DNA of 64,000 nucleotides from Octopus sinensis (Eukaryota): NCBI RefSeq assembly GCF_006345805.1, contig NC_043001.1, positions 42,966,001 to 43,030,000 of the forward strand, read 5' to 3'. Shown piece by piece: positions 37,985 to 48,550 of this stretch (position 1 is its first letter; each line of letters starts with the position of its first letter). The notes under the pieces were generated by a model. It saw only the letters and a program-made list of their open reading frames with translations, ran no database searches and was not told where the DNA came from. The position numbers and the translations under genes were made by a program.

Positions 37985-38927
37985 ACAAATTTTCATAGAA
38001 GTATTGTAAATTTATTTCTATGCAGAAAGGTGGAATCCTCCATTGTCAGTAGTTATTTTAAAATATTTTTTTTTATTTATGCGCCCTTTTCAAGCCTAGC
38101 CAGGCTCATGGGCCCAGTTTCCCGGTTTCTGTGGTGTATGCATTCCCCCCAGGCTGGACTGGTTGCCAGTCCATCGCAGTGTTACTCAAGAAACAGGAAG
38201 AAAGAGTGAGAGAAAGTTGGGGCGAAAGAGTACAACAGGGGTCGCCACCACCCCCTGCCGGAGCCTCGTGGAGCTTTAGGTGTTTTCGCTCAATAAACAC
38301 ACACAACTCCCAGTCTGGGAATCGAAACCACAATTCTCCGGCTGCGAGTCAGTGGGCCATTGCGCCTCCACAATTTAAAAATATTTTTAAATATTTAAAA
38401 ATATGTTTTTCTGTAATGATGTCTATTAGAATTTGGCTCTCATATAGAATGATAATAATCACATGGATTGCCATCCAAGTTTTGTTTTTCTGTTGTTATT
38501 TTGGATACGTAAAAGATAAGCTGACACACAGCATTGATATCTACTTGATGGTATGATAAGTGCATTGTTTTGTGATTTGATAGTAAGTTTTTTTGTAGCT
38601 TTATCTGAAGATTCTGTTGTAAGAATTGGTTTCCATTAACCTTTAGGCATTCAGATTATTCTGTCAAATGTAATGCTTGTTTACTCACATTGTTTTGAAT
38701 TAACAATGCATTATCTACTGGCTTCAGTATTTCAATATGATTGTTTAGTATTAGAATGACATTGTAGTGTAGGTGTAAGAGGCCAGATCTGGCCTATTTT
38801 AACATAAAACAGGTAGTATATTTCGGCCATATGCAGCCAGTTTAAATGCTAAAGGGCTAACATAACTAAAAACAACAACAATTGTCAACTTGCTGCTCAA
38901 ATGCTGCTTCATATATTTTGATAAAGA
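37985..38927 (-). pseudogene. Disabled paralog with a piggyBac-like MITE, a SINE, a frameshift and a dead acceptor
   Basis: ATG at 38912: MKQHLSSKLTIVVVFSYV-[MITE]-ILTTESSDKATKKLTIKSQNNALIIPSSRYQCCVSAYLLRIQNNNRKTKL-(fs)-DGNPCDYYHSI*EPNSNRHHYRKT. Acceptor mutated to CAC; AATAAA retained at 38016-38011. Intron sequence 39300-40210 is colinear with 25540-26150. Confidence 0.75.
38640..38856. mobile_element. piggyBac-like MITE inserted in the signal-peptide coding region of the 38912 pseudogene
   Basis: TTAA-CCTTTAGGCATT...AATGCTAAAGGG-CTAA. An oppositely oriented relative lies at ~45870-46080. Confidence 0.7.
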
Positions 38928-38939
38928 GTGGAAATTTCA

Positions 38940-38971
<32 letters not shown>

Positions 38972-39212
38972 AATTATTATTTTTATTATTATTATCCTTT
39001 CTACTATAGGCAAAAGGCCTGAAATTTTAAAGGAAGGGAGTTAGCTGATTACATTGACCCTAGTATTCAACTGGTATTTATTTCACCCCACCCCCACCCC
39101 CCACAAAAAAGATGAAAGGCAAAGTTGACCTCAGCAAAATTTGAACCCAGAATGTAAAGCTAGAAGAAATGTTGCAAAGCTTTTTGTCTATCATGTTAAT
39201 GATTCTACCACC

Positions 39213-39250
<38 letters not shown>

Positions 39251-41280
39251 CCACTGCCATTAAATAAATATCTATTTATTATAATAACAATTATAAATAA
39301 TTATTACTTCTAAATTATATGCTTTTAAATCATTCAACAAAAAATGAGAAAATTATTTTCTTGTATTGTTGTATATGTTTTATTAAGAGAATATTTTATT
39401 TGAAAAAGTTGTCTTCAGACTCTATAACTATCAGATGATAAAGAAAAATGAAAGAAAAGAAATGAAGAGAGCTTAGTACAATAATAATTCTGATAGCATT
39501 ATAAAGGTGGTGAACTGGAATCGTTGGTGTACTGGATAAAATACTTAGCGGCATTTCATCCATCTTGACATTCTGAGCTCAAATTCTGCCAAGGTTGACT
39601 TTGCCTTTCATCCTTTCAGGGTCAATAAAATAAGTACAAGTTAAGCACTGAGGTTGATGTAATTGACTTACCCACTCTGCTGGAATTGCTGGCCTGGCGC
39701 CAGAATTTGAAACCAGTATTATTATTATCATTATTGTAAATTATCATGTGAATAACTTCTTGAGTTCACAGTACTGTTTCACTTATATGAAGTTGAAGTT
39801 TAAGATAAATACTAGGGATTAAGATTTAAAGGGAAGGTGTATCACTAATGAAAAAAAAAAAAGATGAAAGTCAACAATGAAGATAAAACTGGTTTTTTTT
39901 AGCAAAGCCAGTTTGAATAAAAGACTAAAACTACTTCAGAAAAGAAACAGTACTTTTCTCACATCAATAATTGCTATCATTAAAGGTATCTTTGATTGAA
40001 GTATTCATGATGTTGTTTGTATATATAGATAATACTTGTGTTTTGAAAATCAAAAAGAAAATATTATTAACAGCAGTATGTATGATAGTATGTGTAAGTT
40101 CTTTTTTTCTTAAATTTTTTAATGTATGGACAACCAATGAGTAGCATTTGCTCATATATTTCTGTTACTACTACTACTTCCAATACTTTTTTTGAGGTGT
40201 CTACTCTAAGTCTGTCCAATCCTAAAAGTGTTATCTTTAATGATACTTACTAATGATCACATAGCAGTGATTACTGCTACCCAGTAAACGATAAACAAAA
40301 AGCATTATACATTATATATTCACACTTTTCTACATCAGAATCCTTTATCAAATTCCATTATGTTTACAGTCATGCAGTCAAGCTCTTAGTATGGCCATCC
40401 ATTGAAGCATGATCTGGTCAATCCCTTCTACTTAACCTATGTCTTTTACACTGAGTTTTTGAAACTAAACATTTTGACTATAGAGCTTCTTGACTGTCTA
40501 TATGGTCTATGATCATAATGGTTTTGTAATTTACTCACTGATACAACTGAAGCAGCATTGCCCAACTAGATTTCAATTATCATCCATTTAGTAATGCAGC
40601 TATAAAAAGAAACAGGCAGATAATCTCAGTTCACAACTTCTTTGTTGGTTTTTATGTACCAGAGCAGATGGTTATTCTAATGTAACCAAAGACAAATATA
40701 ACAATAACTGACCAGCACTTGGGAGGTTGTCTTGGCCCCAGCAAGACTAAACAGTCCTTGTTACATTACATCATTTCCATGTAGTTGTTCACTGGCACCA
40801 GTAGTCTGTTGCATCTCTGGCAAGTTTAAAGAGTTGTTATTATCTGTATTATCTGTTTCTTCATTCCTTTCTTACTCATTCAACTCAGTGGGAAGAGAGT
40901 TAAAGCAAGAAAGCAATAGAAGGAAGAGTATCAGAAGAGAACCAGAGTAATAGGAGTGTGGGTGATAGTGATAGTGAAGGTAGTAGACAGTTATATGGTG
41001 GTTGTTGGTAAGTGGGTTGAATAGAAATTACATGACTAAGGAGGTGATCAAAGAGAGAGAACTAGAGTGAGAGAGTGATAGAAGAATGAGTTATAGGAGA
41101 GAAAAAGAATGATAGACTACAACACTGTGTTGAATACAAGCACCATGAGTGGTATAGGGAGTGATTGGGGGAGTGGGAAAGAGAAAGACTGATAGGTGAT
41201 TCAGTTCTATATTTAAGAGATGAGGAATTATGTACATTATTTACATTTGACGGATATTTGTCCTCATCTTCTTTGTTGTT

Positions 41281-41326
41281 AACACAATTGTTTCGGCTGA
41301 TATACTCTCCAGCCTTCATCAAGTGT
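41281..41326 (-). ncRNA. Degenerate Penelope-type hammerhead motif
   Basis: Minus strand: ACAC-TTGATGA-A-GGCTG(GAGAGTATAT)CAGCC-GAAA-CAAT-TG-TGT. Confidence 0.4.
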
Positions 41327-41481
41327 CTTGGGGAAATTTCAAACCTGGGTTCTCAATACTATGGTATTTTTTGATGTTGTTGTTGTTGATGTAAATAATG
41401 ATAGATGATTAACAGACTAATGGAAGGGAGAGTACTGGAAATGAGAAGTAAGAAAGAAAGAGAAATGAGCAATAAGGGAGC

Positions 41482-41512
<31 letters not shown>

Positions 41513-41769
41513 TGTGCCAAGTTGCAATAAAGGTGATTGTAGGGGGTCTTAACATAAAGGTAATGTGATAGGAGAGAGATAGAGTAAGGGTAGAGATCTT
41601 CCTCACTACTGCTATTGTCATCATTATTTTATGTTTACTTTTCCATGCTTGAATGTTTTGCCACTTGTCATAACCCTTTGTCATCTCATACATGAAACTT
41701 GGCCTCTTGAAATTCGTCTTCACTATTTCTTTCCATTTCTTCCTCTCCTTCAAGTTCTTTCCACTTGGA

Positions 41770-42050
41770 ATATGAATTGTTCAAGGATGGTATATTTTTG
41801 GAGCTCACTTATGTCTGTTCTGATAGATAGTGTTTTTCATAATTGACTCAAATTTTCTGATGATAGCTCATATATCTTTCACTTTTGATGGTGAGCAACC
41901 CCACATTCTTGGTATTTCTACTTTTAATTCAGCATATTTTATCTTTTTTTTACTGCTTTGTCTGCAATGATATTCTCTGAAGGAATTGCAATGTTTCTTA
42001 TAAGGCATTCTCATTTTCCATGTCATTATTAAAACTAGGTCTGTAGTATG
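41770..42050 (-). mobile_element. RLE-type (R4/Dong-like) LINE C-terminal relic
   Basis: KKIKYAELKVEIPRMWG...ISELQKYTIL. Confidence 0.6.
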
Positions 42051-42489
42051 CAATTATTCTAATTGTTGTTATTATCAAGATGGTGAGCTGATAGAATTAT
42101 CACTGTATCAGACAAAATGCTTAACAACATTTCTTCTGGTATTTTGCGTTCTTGGTTCAAAATTCCGCTGAGGTCAACTCTCTTTTTCACTCCTTGGGAA
42201 TCAAAAAAATAAGGTACCACTCAAGTACTAGGGTTGATGTAATCATCTTGCCCACTTCCCTCAAAGTTGCTGGCCTGTTGTAAAATTAGAAAGAATTATG
42301 TAAAGTAGGGAGCTGGTGGAATCGTTAGTGTATTAAGAAAAATGATGAGCAACATTTTTTAAATTTTACATTCTGAGCTCAAATTTTAGTAAAATCAACT
42401 TTGCCTCTCTTTGGGGGTCAGTGTAATAGATCACCTCTCCCCCCCCCAAATTCCAGGCCTTGTGCCTGTAGTGGAAAGAATTATCATAA

Positions 42490-42780
42490 TTATAATAATT
42501 ATTATTATTTCTCTTTATCACAAGTTTTCTTTTGAGCTCCTGGATTCTTGCATGCATAACAGGCTTGCTACCTGCAGCCTACAGTTCTGTGCTATCCGTC
42601 TCTTTTCAGCTATCTAATACTTTTCTAATTATTCTGGCTCTGCCAAGGTGGCAAACGTTTTGTAACAGTTCTACTGGGCACTCTATTCCAATTTCCTTTA
42701 CATTCCCCTTGATGCCTTCTGATACTGTTCCTAAGGGCCCCCAACAATAATTGGCACTATCTTCACCTTCTTCATTTTCC
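42490..42780 (-). mobile_element. RLE-type (R4/Dong-like) LINE 3' end
   Basis: MKKVKIVPIIVG-(fs)-ALGTVSEGIKGNVKEIGIECPVELLQNVCHLGRARIIRKVLDS*, followed by a (TAA)n tail. Confidence 0.75.
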
Positions 42781-43383
42781 ATAGCCAGTCTATTTCATAA
42801 TTAAGAGGGTTAAGTAACTTAGCGTTTCGGCAAAAAGACTGAGAGTATAAGTACTAGGCTTACAAAGAATAAGTCCTAGGGTCAATTTGCTTGACTAAAG
42901 GCGGTGCTCCAGCATGGCCACAGTCAAATGACTAAAACAAGTTAAAGAGTAAAAGAGTCATATTTATGACACAAGGTCAAACATTTGTGAGAGGCAGTTG
43001 ATGAAATTGACTCCAGTATAAAGTTGGTGCTTATTATTATTGCAGAACTAATGATATTCCTTAAAATTATATAATATTTAGCTAATGTTCAAAGTCAAAT
43101 ATAGTAGAAGAGTTAAAAAATATCTTTTAGTGTTATTGAAACTTTGGAAAGATGCTGAGTGTTAAAGGAATTAGTGTTATATTGGAGCTGTGATTAGAAA
43201 ATTGTTGATAAGTGTTATGTCTAAGCAATAGTGAAATTGATAGCAAGACTCTCTTACACTAGCAACAATAGAGAGACCGATATTATTATATTCCACTTAA
43301 CTCATAGACATCTTATCTTGGGAATACAAGGGCCATCCAGTTTTGGTCAAGAGATTCAAGAAAGTGCAGCATGACTTGTTTAA

Positions 43384-43608
43384 CCCTTTAATTATTGTAT
43401 TTATTTTGAGATGTTCTGTGTTTCTTCCAATTATTTTAAATATAACAAAGAATTTAGTATAATATCTTCGTTATCATTAAGCTAGTGTTAGGAACATAAA
43501 TTGTGACTAAAGTTTGTTTAGTGGAAGATTTGAATTCAAAACTTATGTAAACAAGACATTTAAACTAAAGAGCCAGAGCCGGTTTCAGCCGGGTTGGTAA
43601 CGAAAGGG
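43384..43608. mobile_element. piggyBac-like MITE
   Basis: TTAA-CCCTTT...AAAGGG-TTAA. Absent from the homologous block near 9145. Confidence 0.7.
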
Positions 43609-44392
43609 TTAATTTACATATTTTACTTTAGTGAATTTCATCTTATTATTATTCTAATTAACTGAATTAAAAAATACTGCCAGTCAGCTGGATGAAATAG
43701 ATCTATTAGACAAAAGTAGCTGATCAAAGAGTTGTTTGATCATTGTTCTTTCAGTTTTCATACTATGATAAGTTCAAATATGCTTACCTTTTACCTATCA
43801 CCACCATCATGCACAACAGAAATATGTTAAAATGAACAATACTTATTCACTGACTATATAATAGTGGCTATGTGTACAATATAACTATAGACAGTGGTAG
43901 TTGTTATTACTTCTGATCCAGATATATTATGGGATGCCTTTGTTGAAAACTGCTACATAACCATGTACACAGCCATTTGTAATAAATATGGGAACATATT
44001 CTTTTCTTGCCATACTGAATTTCAGTATTTTAAACAAATAAAATTATTAATTCATTAACTACTGTTTCTTGTTAGAACAATCTATTTCACTCAAACTTGG
44101 AAAATGGCAGCAACTATGGGAAACCCTTTTTGTAGCCATATGAGTTTGACAGCATCTTATCAGACACAAACAGAGACTGGACTCATTGGAAAACTACTTT
44201 TCTAGATTTTCTCTTCTTCTTTTTTTTTTTTTTGCTAAATTCCTAAACTCAACTGATCAACAATAGATATCCTACCATCAAAATCTTTGAAGCCATAAGG
44301 GCTTAGCATGAAAACTGCCATGCCAAATTGCCAGTGCTAAACTGGTTGCTTACATTCTCTCTCTCTCCCTTCTCTCACATACACACACATTG

Positions 44393-44686
44393 TGTTTGGA
44401 GTGACCACTAGTGATGGCAATGTTATGCTTCCATTCATCTTCCCACATGGTCTCAGACTTAACACAGAGGCTACATTAAGTGCTTAGAGGAGGCAGTGCT
44501 GCTCTGGGTCAAAAGGGTGGCTGCTGGAAGACCCTATGTTTAGTAACAGGACTCTGCACCATACCATGCAAGCAGGAGAACCTAGTCATGGCTGTCAGAC
44601 AATTTCTGTGGCCAGATGTTAGGGGTGATGTGGCCACAGAAATTGTCTGACAGCCATGACTGGGTTCTCCTGCTTGCATAGTATGC
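44393..44686 (+). mobile_element. mariner/maT-like transposase fragment ending in a fold-back
   Basis: VFGVTTSDGNVMLPFIFPHGLRLNT...VAAGRPYV**QDSAPYHASRRT*SWLSDNF. 44560-44614 is inverted at 44631-44685. Confidence 0.7.
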
Positions 44687-44689
44687 AAT

Positions 44690-45382
44690 CAGAAAATCGC
44701 TATTTTAAAAAACAAATGTTGCAAAGCATTTAGAGTGGAGTAAAAACCTATAGAATTGGTCCCTAGAGCAGTGGAAGAATGTTATTTTCTCAGATGAGTC
44801 ATCATTTACCTTATTTCCGACCATCGGCTGAGACAGCTAAAAGAAGCATTTGGCCCAGACTGCCTTCTTCCAACTGTTAAACATAGAGGAGAATCTGTGA
44901 TGATCAGGGGTGGGGGAGGCAATGGTTTCCCTTCATGGCAGAATTAATAGTGAAGACTATTTAAGCATTCTATCTGATCAAATTTATCCTATGGTTGCGG
45001 AACTGTTTCCGGAGGAAAATGCAATCTTTCAGGATGATAATACACCAATTCACTCAGCTAAATTTGTTACTGAATGGCACGAGAAACATTCTTGTGAAGT
45101 TGAATATCTAATCTGGCCACCACAGTCCACAGATCTCGATATTATTGAACAATTATGGTGCAAAAAGCAGGTAAGGAGTCGATATCCTCCACCATCATCA
45201 CTACAAGAACTGGAGACTGCTTTAGCTGAAGAATGGACAAAAATTCCTTGGAAACAATTCAACCTTTGTACAAGTCTGTACCTCATAGAATTCAAGTTTT
45301 AATTACTGCCAAAGGCAGTCCTACCCCATATTAAAATTAATTTGTTTGAAATCTTAAGGTATTTCCATTATTTTGTCCAGCC

Positions 45383-45386
<4 letters not shown>
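44690..45386 (+). mobile_element. Tc1-family transposase, 3' half with right TIR
   Basis: WKNVIFSDESSF...PTVKH...IFQDDNTPIH...WPPQSTDLDIIEQLW (DD34E-type), ending ATTATTTTGTCCAGCCCCTG. Confidence 0.85.
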
Positions 45387-45425
<39 letters not shown>

Positions 45426-45476
45426 GTACATGCACACACATATATACACACATATATATATACATATATATACATA

Positions 45477-45522
<46 letters not shown>

Positions 45523-45631
45523 TACACACACACATATACATATATGTGCATAAAGTAACAAACTAAGGAAATATAAATAAATTATTGGATTGTCAATTGA
45601 ATCTCTCTATTTAATTTATTATTTACATATA

Positions 45632-45673
<42 letters not shown>

Positions 45674-46566
45674 CATATATATGTATGCATATACACACGT
45701 GTGTGTGTGTGTAGAGAGAGAGAGAGGAGAGAGAGAGAGACTAATAGAAAGAGAGAAAGAGTATACTTCACATTTCCTTTTGGGACAGCAAATCAAATTT
45801 TATACTTCTTGTTTTAATTTTTCTTCTATTGTTTTTGTTGTGATCTTTTCTCATGCTTTATTTAGCAGTTAAACAACCACACCTAATCCAAATATTCTAC
45901 TTGTTTTATGTTCAAGCCAGCCTCATCCAGCCTCTCACACCTACCTTACAATGTCATTCTAAAAAATCAACAATCGTATCATCAAAATCTCAAAGCTATG
46001 AGATAATACCTGATTAATTCATAACAATGTGAATAAATAAGCATTACATTTGACAGAGTAATCTGAATGCTAAAGGGTTGATTTTAAATTATTTATATAA
46101 CATTTGTCAGTAACATTGATGCATGAAAACTGTATGGAAATCTGTAGTGTATGTGTGTGTCCCTGTCCACATGTGCATTATACTGATGTATATCAGCAAA
46201 TATTGTGAATGTTGGCAAGGAAAACTAAAAGCTGATTCTTTTAAATGAAAACCGGTAATATTTTTTCCCTTCATATTGCACACACACCCCTTTGTTACCG
46301 TTGATATCTTAAATGAAATGAACCAGTAATTGGCCTGTTGGAAACATGTAACCAAAGACCCCTATTGCTCACAAAATGGCATGAAATAAGTGTAAAATAA
46401 CATAAATAAATCCAAGCTTTACAACTTTACAGCTTTACAATAAAAATAAGACAAATTTTTATAGAGCAATTATAATTCTATTTTTACATAGAAATGTCAG
46501 ATCTAAAAAGTATGTGTCATTGTAAGAATCAAGAGAAATATATAGTTATCCATTGATAGCAGTTAC

Positions 46567-46836
46567 TTAAATGTCTATTTTTCAAGAAATATCCATTTGA
46601 GGGAATGGATCTGAGACGAAATAATATTCTTTCGTTTTATCTCCACCAGATTGCTTCTTTGCTCTTCTGTACTTTCATAAATAAGGTGACAGTTGACTGT
46701 AGGATCCAAATGGTTAGGCCTTAAATACATTGTTTTGCAATGAGTTTTCTACTTCATTTGAAGATTCTGCAGTTAGTATCACTCCAATACAACAGAAGAC
46801 AAATATCATTAACAAGTTACTCAAATACTGCTTCAT
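46567..46836 (-). pseudogene. Paralog with in-frame stops only (possible recent pseudogene, or a truncated 40-aa product)
   Basis: MKQYLSNLLMIFVFCCIGVILTAESSNEVENSLQNNVFKA*PFGSYSQLSPYL*KYRRAKKQSGGDKTKEYYFVSDPFPQMDIS*KIDI*. VSDPFP matches VSHPFP of the intact copy. Promoter, donor and acceptor are intact. Confidence 0.8.
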
Positions 46837-46944
46837 ATTGTATTTCCTTTGATAAGATCTAAAAGATTGCAAAAACAAAAAAAGAAACATCTTAGTAACT
46901 ATCATTTAAAATTAGATTACATAATTCAGTATTATTTAACAAGC

Positions 46945-47345
46945 TTGATTGATTCTCGACTCCCCCCTCTCGGTCAATCATGGGGCTGTCATTCTCATTT
47001 GTATCTGTTACAATATATTACAAAGGCAAGGATTGTAAGTCTGCAGCCTCTGCCAGTGTTTCCTGGTGTCGATAGTCTTTCCTATTGTCTGCTCGTCTTT
47101 CCAAGCAGTCCTCTTGTCTTTCCAAGATGCCTAACCATCTTGTGGCTACCTACCACAAGGTCTTAGATGTCTTGCAAACAACTTACACATGCAAGTGCTA
47201 CCAGTTGAGAACTCTGTATACCAGAAGCCAGCAAGTGTATGGGGTCATCAGGAGAGAATGCGTGCCGTTTCGGGGCCTACCTCTCAACAGCATTAATGTG
47301 CACAGGCCCACCTCACTGATATGAGGCCCCTCTTGCTAGATCAGT
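46945..47345 (-). mobile_element. Probable LINE 3' fragment in the intron of the 46836 copy
   Basis: GC-richer insert with an RTE-like VRWA.H remnant and a (TCAA)n-like tail; heavily degenerate. Confidence 0.35.
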
Positions 47346-48261
47346 ATATAGAAAGCTTAATGAATATATTAGAAAATGATTACATAATATTTTGTTATTT
47401 AAGTCATGCAAATATACTTTGCCATGATTCATTGAAAGCAAAATAATATGAAGTAATAAAATTCTTGACAGTGCCAAACTTTATCTTGCAAAAAGATTTT
47501 CCACTGCATATTTTAAACAAATACATCTTTGTTATCTATTGATAGTTAGGATCATATCTCAATGTCTTGACCTCCCCTTCAGCCCCTAACAATTATTGAG
47601 ACTCTAAGAATTTCAGGTAATGCCCACAATAGAATGTTGCTCCCACTTCTGGGATAGTGTTGCAGACTAAACCACATCCAGAAAAGAGCCACCTAATTAA
47701 CTAGCATAAAGTCATTCAGGTATATTCCAGCCTCTGCTTCACAGGTTTCCTGTCTCTTCTCTTTGTTTTTTCTTCTATTACTATAATGTCCTCTATTCCT
47801 TGGAGCATGATGTGTTAGTGTTATCTCTACTCAGGCATTACCGACCTGCTCATCTCCTCTCATCTCCCACACTACTCCTTCCTTCCTTGAACATCAACTC
47901 TCTGCAACTCTCTTCCCACTTATATCTTTTCTGCATGTGTTAACATATCAATCTCAAAGGACATGCCAGGACTCCATCCTCCAGATCTAATAAGTAAAAA
48001 AGAAAAAAGTAAAAGATGTTATCATAATTATGACAGATTCAAAATGAAATTAATCACAATCTAGAACTATTACTTATTCAACTTTCTGGATTATTTTTTT
48101 CTCAGTTTTATGCTATTTGAACATCATTACATATATATATCAAATATTTTTTTAAATCACATAATAAAATGTAAATGCTTTTGATGAGCTTTTATGAAAA
48201 CCATAACATTTTTGTTGTTTCAACCAAAGTTGAATTCAATATTAAATAAAAGTTAGCTTAC

Positions 48262-48550
48262 TGATTGAAGTGGAGAGATGCTAAAATCAACCTGCAAAGA
48301 TTGTTACGTTTTTGTTGCAAAATTACAGTAATTTTCTTTTATTCTTTGAAATTATGTGAGAGCCTTTAATGAAGTTTCTAACATAACTGATATTTATATA
48401 CATCTGTACCAGATGTATATAAATTCTTTGGATTTATTTTAAGTATTCCATCACATCTAGCCACTCCACTGCCTAGCTGTAACTCTTGCAGACATGCAAA
48501 GAAATATTTTCCTTTTCTTCATTTGTCCTCACCTGTTGTGACTACTATTA
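48262..48550 (-). promoter_or_regulatory. Paralogous promoter and non-coding exon 1 (48370-48262) for the 46836 copy
   Basis: TATATAAATA at 48400-48391, Inr TCATT with A at 48370 (30 nt spacing), donor AATCA|GTAAGC at 48261-48256. Predicted intron of 1.4 kb to the TAG acceptor at 46859. Confidence 0.7.

Noticed and set aside
46714-46905. 63-aa ORF starting MIVTKMFLFL
   Set aside because: The first 23 residues are mostly intron and leader read-through; the family start is the ATG at 46836.
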